Shown here: positions 9,452 through 17,174 of the stretch, one piece after another
Position numbering within the stretch: position 1 is the first letter of the stretch
Layout: each line of letters starts with the position of its first letter
Source: Thermovirgaceae bacterium
GTDB lineage: Bacteria; Synergistota; Synergistia; Synergistales; Thermovirgaceae
DNA: 29,496 nucleotides
Assembly (NCBI GenBank): GCA_046542505.1
Contig: JBKHBH010000020.1
Coordinates: 1 to 29,496 of the forward strand
Direction: 5' to 3'
Notes under the pieces: model-generated
The model's database searches: none
Told to the model about the DNA's origin: nothing
The model's input: the letters and a program-made list of their open reading frames with translations, nothing else
Translations under genes and position numbers: made by a program

Positions 9452-10169
9452 GTCTTGCGATCTCTTTCGTCCGTTCAAAAGAGAACCTGCCCGAACGCCC
9501 GCCCTCACACAGGGCTCCCCTGAATCCCAGAAAATGAGGTTTCAGGCTCAGAAGACGGGCAATGTCACCGGGCCCTAGCGATCCGGCCAGTGCCGAAAAG
9601 AGACCGGCTTCGGAGCATGATGCGAGGAAGACCTCGATTTTTTTGAAGGAAAGAACGTCGGGAAGCCTCCTCCCCGACATTTTGTCGAAGGTGTCAAGCA
9701 GGCACCCGGCGGCGCCCGCCGAAGCGGCGGCAGCGGGAATTTCCAGAGGATCAACGCCGCTGAAGTCTTTTGCATCAGCATAGGCCCCGGCGACCAGGGC
9801 CGTTTTTGGACAGTGGTCCGCCAGGGCCGAAGCCGTGGCTTGCAGTAAAAGAAAGACCTCTTCCGTCGTTTTTGTTCCCAAAAGGCCCACCTTGATGATT
9901 GTCGCACCGGCTTTTGCCGCCCCGAGGGCCGCAAGGGCGGCTGTTCCGGGAAGGTAAGGCATGTCGCCTATGGCTGCACTAAGATGAATTTCTTTTGGGA
10001 TAACTTGTCGCACCGATGCGATAACCTTGGGTGATGCTGCTCCGAGGGCTCCCTCGGCGGGGTTCTTGACGTCTATTACGGAAGCCCCGGCATACAAGGC
10101 TTCCTTCGATTCCTCTGCCGAAAGCACCGTTGCAAGGAAGGCGGTTTTCTCGGGAAAGAGAGTTTTCAT
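9414..10169 (-). CDS. mfnB: (5-formylfuran-3-yl)methyl phosphate synthase (DUF556)
   Basis: GASVIDVKNPAEGALGA, SAAIGD, IKVGL, YAD, LLDTFDK, ALAGSL, GFRGALC. Confidence 0.93.
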   Translation of the reverse strand: MKTLFPEKTAFLATVLSAEESKEALYAGASVIDVKNPAEGALGAASPKVIASVRQVIPKEIHLSAAIGDMPYLPGTAALAALGAAKAGATIIKVGLLGTKTTEEVFLLLQATASALADHCPKTALVAGAYADAKDFSGVDPLEIPAAAASAGAAGCLLDTFDKMSGRRLPDVLSFKKIEVFLASCSEAGLFSALAGSLGPGDIARLLSLKPHFLGFRGALCEGGRSGRFSFERTKEIARLIEGEDICSPRI

Positions 10170-10906
10170 ACCTCAATCTCCGAAATGTCTTTTCTCGTCA
10201 GCCATTGTTCGTGCAGCGCACTTGCCGTAAGTATGCCCGCTACGCCCGCCCCTTTGAGTCCGGCGAGTTCATCATGTGAGCGGAGACCTCCGCCGGCAAA
10301 CAGCCTGATTTCAGGTGCGGCCCGAAAGCAGCGTCGCAAAAGGTCTGTGGGCAGCCCCTTCCTGGTTCCCACACCGTCCAGGGTGAGAAGTATGATATCC
10401 CTCCAGCCTTTTTGGGCCAAAAGATCGACGCCTTCTTCAACGGGGCTGTTGCGAAAGGGGGAGTTTTCAGGCGTCAAAAGGACGCCGTTTTTTATGTCGA
10501 GGCTGAAAACCATTCGGTCTGTCGGGCAGTCTGAGGTAATTTTGTAGAAATCCCCGGGGGTCTCAAGCGTTTCGGACCCGATGACGGCCTTGCAGTTCGG
10601 CACATTTTCGAGGAGAAAGAGTACTTGTTCCACCGTTCCGGTGCCTGCGTCTATCCAGAGCGTAACGCCGGTCGTCTTCTGCAGGTCTTTCAGGATGGAC
10701 AGGTTGTCCCCATCTTTTTGCAGGGCGTTCAGGTCCGCGACGTACATATCCTTGTTTGCCGTAATTCCCAGAAGGATCTCGGCGACGTGCAGAGGATCAG
10801 GGGAATCTATTATCGCGCTTTTTATCGGACGGTACCGGTCTCTTTCGCCCTTGTACCCGTGAACGACCACTCCGTCCAGAATGTCCAAAACAGGAATGAT
10901 TTGCAT
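10166..10906 (-). CDS. HisA/HisF-related TIM-barrel protein of C1 clusters (Orf17-type)
   Basis: MQIIPVLDILDGVVVHG..GERDRYRP, YVADLNAL, IGSETL, FSLD, VGT..G, AGGGLR, ASALH. ATG 10906 is 10 nt from GGAGG. Confidence 0.85.
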   Translation of the reverse strand: MQIIPVLDILDGVVVHGYKGERDRYRPIKSAIIDSPDPLHVAEILLGITANKDMYVADLNALQKDGDNLSILKDLQKTTGVTLWIDAGTGTVEQVLFLLENVPNCKAVIGSETLETPGDFYKITSDCPTDRMVFSLDIKNGVLLTPENSPFRNSPVEEGVDLLAQKGWRDIILLTLDGVGTRKGLPTDLLRRCFRAAPEIRLFAGGGLRSHDELAGLKGAGVAGILTASALHEQWLTRKDISEIEV

Positions 10907-10957
10907 CGTTGTCAAACCTCCGGAAGCATTTGTATCTTTTGCAATGGTGCCTGCCCT

Positions 10958-11362
10958 TCAGTGTTTGACCGCTTCAGGAGAAAAGCCCGGGCCCGCAGCT
11001 TCGGCGTCCTCACGGTGGATGACAACGGAAGACGTAGCCGTTTCCCATACCTGGACGGAGTACAGAGAACAGTTCTCGTGGCTGATTCTTCCGTCGATCT
11101 GGTTCCAGATCCAGAGCGCGATGCGTTCGGCCGTCGGCTGGGAGATCACATCGTTCAGATAGGCATGGTCCAGGTATGACAGGGCGTGTGTCTTGACGAG
11201 ATCCTTCAGGGCGAGAAAATCCATGACCATGCCTTCTGCACCGGGCATTCCCTCAAGGGTGATCTCGAGCCTGTAGGTATGCCCGTGCAAGGCTTCGCAT
11301 TTGCCGTGGTACTGCTCAAGCTTGTGGGCCGCGTCAAAGGTGAATTCCTTTTTCAGAAACAT
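10958..11362 (-). CDS. queD: 6-pyruvoyltetrahydropterin synthase / QueD family (COG0720) protein with hybrid CExxHGH motif
   Basis: FTFDAAH, GKCEALHGHTY, GMVMDF, LDHAYLND, PTAERIA, VWET. ATG 11362. Confidence 0.88.
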   Translation of the reverse strand: MFLKKEFTFDAAHKLEQYHGKCEALHGHTYRLEITLEGMPGAEGMVMDFLALKDLVKTHALSYLDHAYLNDVISQPTAERIALWIWNQIDGRISHENCSLYSVQVWETATSSVVIHREDAEAAGPGFSPEAVKH

Positions 11363-11549
11363 GGGTGACACCCTTTCATATGGTTGCGGGACGAAAAACC
11401 GCAAAATTCCCTGTTGGGGTGTAAACTGTCCCCGCGGACGAAGAATCTGTATATTGAAAAGAAGCCGGATTGTATTATACCCCCAGAAACCGGGCTGGGC
11501 GAATGCCCCCGGATGTCCGACGAGGCTTCATGTTGCAGAGGTGAAAGGT

Positions 11550-12320
11550 ATGCTCGGTGCCATTGCCGGAGATGTAATCGGTTCAGTCTACGAGAACAAC
11601 CCCGTGAAAGGGCTAGAATTTCCCCTTTTTTCAGAGGATAGCCGGTTCACAGACGATACGGTTCTCACTGTCGCGCTGGCGGATTGTCTGCTTCATGGGG
11701 GGGACTATGGTGAATACATGAGCCTTTACGCGAAACGTTTCCCCGATGCGGGGTTCAGCCGGGCCACCCTGTCCAGGCTCCTCGGAGGGGGCACAGGCCT
11801 GCCGGATAGCTACGGCAACGGGGCCGCCATGCGTTCAAGTCCCATAGGGTGGGCTTTCGATGATGAAAACAAGATAGTTGAGGAAGCGGAAAAGAGTGCC
11901 CGTCCTACCCACAGGCATGATGAAGGAATAAAAGGAGCACGGGCTGTGGCTTTGGGAGTTTTCTGGGCGCGCAAAGGAGTTTCCGGTGAGGAGTTCTTGA
12001 GTCTGATGTCCGAGTGGACCGGTTACGAACTAAAACGGTCCCTGGAAGAGATTCGCCCTTCGCACCGTTTCGACGCCACGGCCCCGGGAAGCGTTCCGGA
12101 AGCCATACGCGCCTTTTTCGAAGCTGAAGGGTTCGAGGAAGCCGTATGTTACGCTGTTTCCCTCGGGGGTGACGCTGATACGCAGGCCTGTATCGCCGGC
12201 GCCCTGGCCGAAGCCCGATTCAAAACCGTGCCGGAGCAGATTGCAAGTGAAGTACGGAAACGTCTTCCTGCTGAATTTCTTGAAATTGTTGATGCCTTTG
12301 AAAAAAAATGGGGTCCCTGA
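11550..12320 (+). CDS. ADP-ribosylglycohydrolase (DraG/ARH family)
   Basis: MLGAIAGDVIGS, FTDDT, SYGNGAAMR, GGDADT. Start moved to ATG 11550. Confidence 0.9.
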   Translation: MLGAIAGDVIGSVYENNPVKGLEFPLFSEDSRFTDDTVLTVALADCLLHGGDYGEYMSLYAKRFPDAGFSRATLSRLLGGGTGLPDSYGNGAAMRSSPIGWAFDDENKIVEEAEKSARPTHRHDEGIKGARAVALGVFWARKGVSGEEFLSLMSEWTGYELKRSLEEIRPSHRFDATAPGSVPEAIRAFFEAEGFEEAVCYAVSLGGDADTQACIAGALAEARFKTVPEQIASEVRKRLPAEFLEIVDAFEKKWGP

Positions 12321-12331
12321 GGGAACGGATC

Positions 12332-12371
12332 TTGTGCAATATAGTGTTACGACTTATCATAAACGTAATAC
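12332..12371 (+). promoter_or_regulatory. Sigma70-like promoter (TTGTGC-N17-TATCAT) overlapped by a NikR-like operator GTGTTAC-N14-GTAATAC
   Basis: -35 at 12332-12337 and -10 at 12355-12360. Palindromic arms at 12344-12350 and 12365-12371 span 28 bp with one mismatch. Confidence 0.6.
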
Positions 12372-12397
12372 ATATTTTCCTGTCTGGAGGGGTTCCT

Positions 12398-13537
12398 GTG
12401 AAAGGTAACGTTTTTCTCAGGCGTACAGTTGTCGCGCTTTTTTTGACAGTGATATTGTTTTTGCTTTCAGGAGGGCAGTCACTTGCCAAAGGGACGACGG
12501 TGGAGATTACCGATGCATGGGGACGCCAGGTCGCGGTACCTGCGGAAGTGAACCACGTCATCTGCTCCGGCTCTGGTTGTCTGAGGTACCTGGTGTACCT
12601 GCAGGGTCTTGACCTTGTCGTCGGTGTCGACGATATGGAAAAATCCCGCTCCAAGTTTGATGCCAGACCCTATTTCCTTGCCCATCCGGAACTTCGTGAC
12701 AAACCACTTTTTGGTGAATTCAGAGGACATGATAACCCTGAGCTTATCGTAAACCTTGATCCCCCGCCCGATGTCATTTTCAAGACCTACGGAAAAATGG
12801 GATACGATCCCGATGAGCTTCAGGCGAAAACGGGAATACCCGTGGTGGTTCTGAACTACGGGAACCTTACCTATGGAAGAAAGGACATGTACGAGGGCCT
12901 TTCGATCATGGGAGAGGTTACCGGAAAGACAAAGCGGGCAGAGGAAGTCATCGGATTTTTTGACAGTGCCATTGAAGACCTTGACCAGCGAACGGCCAAT
13001 ATCCCCGGTGAGGAACGCCCTACCTGCTACGTCGGCGGGATCGCCCACAAGGGGCCTCACGGTTTTCCCTCGACGGAACCGTCATACCCTCCTTTCGTTT
13101 TTACCAATGCAAAACATGTGGTGCAGGAGGGGGAAAAGGGGGGAAATAGCCTCCAGCAGGTGACTGTCTCGCGGGAAAAGATCCTGGAATGGGATCCGGA
13201 GTATGTTTTCGTCGACCTGTCCACTCTGCAGGCGGGAAAAGAGGCGGGAGCGATGGACCAATTGCAGAATGAAACATGCTATCAGGTCCTTTCCGCGGTG
13301 CAGGAGGGGAAGGTATACGGTGTCCTCCCCTTCAACTGGTACACGACGAATTACGGTTCCGTCCTTGCCAATGCCTATTTTGTGGGCAAGGTTCTTTATC
13401 CGGAGCGGTTTGAAGATGTGGACCCCGCCGAAAAGGCTGACAAGATCTATGAGTTCCTTGTGGGAAAACCGGTTTTCAAAGATATGAATGACCTCTTTGA
13501 GGACCTGGCCTACAAGAAAATAGACCTGGATGCCTGA
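12398..13537 (+). CDS. ABC transporter substrate-binding protein (FecB/BtuF, TroA-like helical backbone)
   Basis: Signal peptide, ITDAWGRQV..P, VVGVD, PDVI, VSREKILEWDPE. GTG 12398 after GGAGG. Confidence 0.88.
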   Translation: MKGNVFLRRTVVALFLTVILFLLSGGQSLAKGTTVEITDAWGRQVAVPAEVNHVICSGSGCLRYLVYLQGLDLVVGVDDMEKSRSKFDARPYFLAHPELRDKPLFGEFRGHDNPELIVNLDPPPDVIFKTYGKMGYDPDELQAKTGIPVVVLNYGNLTYGRKDMYEGLSIMGEVTGKTKRAEEVIGFFDSAIEDLDQRTANIPGEERPTCYVGGIAHKGPHGFPSTEPSYPPFVFTNAKHVVQEGEKGGNSLQQVTVSREKILEWDPEYVFVDLSTLQAGKEAGAMDQLQNETCYQVLSAVQEGKVYGVLPFNWYTTNYGSVLANAYFVGKVLYPERFEDVDPAEKADKIYEFLVGKPVFKDMNDLFEDLAYKKIDLDA

Positions 13538-13610
13538 ACAGGAGAACGCTGAAGAGGAACTTCGCTTAAAACCGGAAGTAAAGGCCCGTTCCCCAAAACG
13601 GAGGTATGAC

Positions 13611-14681
13611 ATGCATCTCGAAGAAGGTTCCGTTCCTGAAGCATATACGAAATACATCAGCGGAAAGATAGCCTTTTTGGTTATCGGTCTGGGCGTGCTT
13701 GGCGTGCTGGTGGTGTTTTCCGTTTCCGCAGGCTCCATGCGCATCCCGGCGATGGACGTCCTCGGGACGCTGATGTTTCGGCACCTCTCCGATCGACTTG
13801 ATGCGGTTGTGTTCAACATCAGGCTGCCGCAAGTACTGACCGCCGTTATTGCCGGTGCAGGGCTGTCAGTTGCGGGAGCGGTCATGCAGGCTGTTTTGGG
13901 GAACCCCCTCGCTTCCCCTTATACTCTCGGCATATCTCAGGCAGCCGCCTTTGGGGCTGCCTTTTCCGTCATGATCATGGGGTCTGGAGTCATGCTCAGT
14001 TCCGCCGCGGACGCCGTTAAAGTGGTGCAGCCGGGAATCACGGCGATTGCGGCCTTTATCGCCAGCGTGGCGGCAACGGGGACGGTCATTCTGGTGGCGC
14101 ATGTCAAAAAAGGTGCCCCTGAAGTTATGGTGCTTGCGGGGGTGGCGCTGGGGTCGCTATTTACGGCGGGAACGATGTTTCTCCAGTATTTCGCCGATGA
14201 CGTTCAGCTGGCGGCCATGGTGTTCTGGACTTTCGGCGACGTGGCCAGGACCGACTGGAAAGAACTGGGAGTCATGACGACTGCGACAGGTGTCACCATC
14301 CTCTTTTTTATCTTCAACGCCTGGAACTTCAATGCCGTGGACGCCGGTGACGAGACGGCTCTCAGCCTGGGGGTGCATGTCCGCCGCGTGAGGTTTTCCG
14401 GAATGTTCATAGCGTCACTGGTGACGGCCGTTATTATTTCATTTGTCGGTATCATCGGCTTCGTGGGACTGGTCTGCCCTCACATGGTCAGGCGGATCAT
14501 TGGCGACGACTACCGTTTCCTGATTCCAGGTTCCTGCATCATGGGGGGAATCCTTCTTCTGGCCGCCGATACCGCAGCGAGGCTTGCCATGGCGCCGAAG
14601 GTGCTTCCTGTGGCTGTTCTCACATCCTTTGTCGGTGCGCCGATGTTTCTTTACCTGATCATCAAGGGGTACAGAAAATGA
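13611..14681 (+). CDS. ABC transporter permease (FecCD/BtuC family)
   Basis: IRLPQ, MQ..LGNPLASPYTLGIS, GDETALSLGV, GIIGFVGLVCPH. ATG 13611 after GGAGG. Confidence 0.92.
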   Translation: MHLEEGSVPEAYTKYISGKIAFLVIGLGVLGVLVVFSVSAGSMRIPAMDVLGTLMFRHLSDRLDAVVFNIRLPQVLTAVIAGAGLSVAGAVMQAVLGNPLASPYTLGISQAAAFGAAFSVMIMGSGVMLSSAADAVKVVQPGITAIAAFIASVAATGTVILVAHVKKGAPEVMVLAGVALGSLFTAGTMFLQYFADDVQLAAMVFWTFGDVARTDWKELGVMTTATGVTILFFIFNAWNFNAVDAGDETALSLGVHVRRVRFSGMFIASLVTAVIISFVGIIGFVGLVCPHMVRRIIGDDYRFLIPGSCIMGGILLLAADTAARLAMAPKVLPVAVLTSFVGAPMFLYLIIKGYRK

Positions 14682-15430
14682 TTCTTTCCGTGAACAACGT
14701 CCGGTTCAGCTACAAGAGCAGGCCTGTCTTGAACAGGGTAAGCTTTGCCCTCAAGAGAAACGAGCTTTTGGCTATACTTGGCCCTAACGGTGTAGGCAAG
14801 ACGACCCTTCTCAAATGTATTAACGCCGTGTTGAGACCCCAGGGTGGAGCCATTCTTGTAGCCGACAGGGATTTGCTTTCCCTGTCGAGAATGGAAATCG
14901 CGCGGTATATTGCTTATGTGGCCCAGAAAACGGAAGCAGGCCGCCTCACGGCCTTCGATGCAATTCTTTTGGGCCGGAGGCCCCACATTCGCTGGAAAGT
15001 AGGCGGGAATGATCTGAAGAAAGTTGATGCCATTATCAAAACCTTCGGGTTGGAAGACCTCTCTTTGCGGTTTCTCGATGAAATGAGCGGCGGGGAACTG
15101 CAAAAAGTCAGTATCGCCCGCGCCCTCGTCCAGGAGCCCGAGGTCCTGCTTCTGGACGAACCTACGAACAGTCTTGACCTGAAAAACCAGCAGGAAATCC
15201 TCGAAACAATCCGCCATATCGTGACAGGACACGGCATGGCGGCCGTTATGACCATGCACGATCTCAATTCGGCGCTGCGGTTCGCCGACAAGGCGCTGTT
15301 TATGAAAAACGGGGAAATTTATGCGGCGTCGGAGAGAGCGGAGATTACCCCCGAGGTCGTCGAAGCGGTATACGGGCTGCCCGTCACCATCGAACAAGTC
15401 TGCGGACACCCGGTCGTCATGCCGCTATGA
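14678..15430 (+). CDS. ABC transporter ATP-binding protein (FepC/BtuD-like)
   Basis: Walker A GPNGVGKT, MSGGE signature, LLLDEPT, HDLN. ATGA overlap. Confidence 0.94.
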   Translation: MILSVNNVRFSYKSRPVLNRVSFALKRNELLAILGPNGVGKTTLLKCINAVLRPQGGAILVADRDLLSLSRMEIARYIAYVAQKTEAGRLTAFDAILLGRRPHIRWKVGGNDLKKVDAIIKTFGLEDLSLRFLDEMSGGELQKVSIARALVQEPEVLLLDEPTNSLDLKNQQEILETIRHIVTGHGMAAVMTMHDLNSALRFADKALFMKNGEIYAASERAEITPEVVEAVYGLPVTIEQVCGHPVVMPL

Positions 15431-15851
15431 GGAGTGTCCAGCGGTTGTAGTCTCCAGAAGCCTCGGGCGGGTCGAGGATTTCTTTGACTTCCAACCGTCT
15501 TTTCCCGGCCGGACCTTCCCATTCGATCACGTCGCCGACGATGTAGCCCGGGAGGGCCGTCCCCACCGGTGCCAGGATCGCAATTTTCCCTGCGGCACTG
15601 TCGGTTTCTTCAGGGAAAAACAGGGTGCAAACGGATTCGGTGTTCGAGTACAGGTCAACGAGTGAGACAGTGGAGTTCGTGGTGATCAGGTCTTTGGGTA
15701 TATCCTTCGCCGGGGCCATCACAGCCTTTTTTTGCTTCCCTTTTTCCCTCCAGTCAGGGACAATTTCGTGTTCCCGAAGGTCTCGAGTTTCCTGAAAGTT
15801 CTTCAGGCGTTTCAGGGCAGAATCAGTGATACATATTTTCTGTTCGCTCAA
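15417..15851 (-). pseudogene. rnk: Rnk/GreA-like nucleoside diphosphate kinase regulator, degenerate
   Basis: DIPKDLITTNSTV, IAILAPVGTALPGY.VGDVIEWEGPAG.RRLEVKEILDPPEASGD match the Rnk C-domain. Several consensus positions deviate. Probable TTG start; 3' end overlaps the ATPase gene. Confidence 0.55.
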
Positions 15852-16017
15852 GTTTTGCCACAGGCTCCCTGGTTTTTGTCTGGAAGAGGTTTTCCTTTCT
15901 TCGCGGGGGGGTTTCTGGTACAGGGTTCTATCAGAAGACGAAGCATGAACGTATAGTTTTACAGCTGCTTTGAAAAAGCATGGACTCCACACGGGGCGCT
16001 CTGTGGGAAAAAATGAC

Positions 16018-16038
16018 TTTTGAATAATCGTTTCAAAA
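16018..16038. promoter_or_regulatory. Palindrome TTTTGAA-N7-TTCAAAA, possible operator in the divergent rnk / S66 peptidase intergenic region
   Basis: Perfect 7-bp arms in an AT-rich intergenic region. No cognate regulator identified. Confidence 0.25.
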
Positions 16039-16156
16039 AATTGCCACATAAAAAAGAACGCATTGGAAATGCCTCAAAAAGCGGCTCCCGATGCAGGCGG
16101 GCTGCGTGGTATCCTTATTTAAAGGAATTTTCTTTCAAAAAAGAGGTGAAGACATT

Positions 16157-17092
16157 ATGTTGAAGCCCAGGGCTTTGGTCACCGGCGATGTGATCGCCCT
16201 CGTATCCCCTTCAAGCCCGTCTCCGCCTGAATCGTTTGACAAAGCAAGAGCCGCCGTTGAGGGGCTCGGCTTCAGGGTCAAGCCCGCGCCCGGCTGTCGG
16301 GAAGCTCTCGGGTATCTTGCTGGACCGGACGAGGTCAGGGCCCGGGATATCAACGAGATGTTTGCTGACCCGGAGGTCAAGGGGATTTTTTGCCTGCGGG
16401 GAGGAGACGGCGCAACGCGCATCCTTGACCGGATTGACGCAAGAACCGCTGCACGTAATCCGAAGGTCTTTCTCGGATATAGCGATATTACTGTTCTTCA
16501 CGCTGTCCTGAACAAAAAGGCAAAACTCTGCACCTTTCACGGGCCCATGCCGGCCAGCGATTTCACGAGAAAAACCTTTTCAGGGTACGTCAGCGAGAAC
16601 CTGCTGAAGGCACTCTGCAAGGTGGAGCCACTCGGCGATATTCACCCCCATGATTCGAAACCTCTCCTGGAAACCCTGGTGCCAGGTGTAGCCGAAGGGG
16701 AGCTCGTCGGCGGCAACCTGGCCCTGGTATGCTCCCTTCTGGGAACTCCCTGGGAGATCGACACGAGGGGAAAAATTTTGATACTCGAGGATACAGACGA
16801 GCCCCCCTATCGCATTGACAGGATGTTGACACAGCTCCGCCTGGCAGGAAAACTGCATGAGGCGGCAGGAATCTTCCTGGGGCAGTTCACGAATGTCAAG
16901 CCGAAAAATCCGAAGCGCACCTTTACGCTACGGGAAATCTTCGAGACTGTAGTCGCCCCTGTGGGAAGGCCGACGCTTCTCAACGGATGTTTCGGGCATG
17001 GAGACTACAAGGTGACTCTTCCGCTTGGGGCAAGAGCGCGGATCGGCGGCGATGTCCCGCGGTTTACTATTCTCGAGGCTGGTGTTTGCTGA
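16157..17092 (+). CDS. Peptidase S66 / LD-carboxypeptidase (LdcA/MccF family)
   Basis: RGGDG, GYSDIT (catalytic Ser), GGNL, ILED..E, FGHG (His). Confidence 0.92.
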   Translation: MLKPRALVTGDVIALVSPSSPSPPESFDKARAAVEGLGFRVKPAPGCREALGYLAGPDEVRARDINEMFADPEVKGIFCLRGGDGATRILDRIDARTAARNPKVFLGYSDITVLHAVLNKKAKLCTFHGPMPASDFTRKTFSGYVSENLLKALCKVEPLGDIHPHDSKPLLETLVPGVAEGELVGGNLALVCSLLGTPWEIDTRGKILILEDTDEPPYRIDRMLTQLRLAGKLHEAAGIFLGQFTNVKPKNPKRTFTLREIFETVVAPVGRPTLLNGCFGHGDYKVTLPLGARARIGGDVPRFTILEAGVC

Positions 17093-17174
17093 GGTCCTGC
17101 AGCACGCCGGACAATTCAGCAAGGGAAGGGAAAGAAGCTTTTTGAAGGAACAGGACAAGATTGGGGGAATCAGG

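Noticed and set aside
10166..10906. Calling this gene hisA of histidine biosynthesis
   Set aside because: The GERDRYRP and YVADL motifs and the context match the C1-cluster HisA-like family, and no his genes are nearby.
1..11362. Archaeal (methanogen) origin of the contig
   Set aside because: Flanking typA, rnk, S66 peptidase, ord and sigma70 promoters are bacterial, and there are no mcr or mtr genes. A chimeric assembly cannot be fully excluded without reads.
11363..11549. preQ1 riboswitch upstream of the queD-like gene
   Set aside because: No recognisable preQ1-I stem with an A-rich tail on the minus strand.
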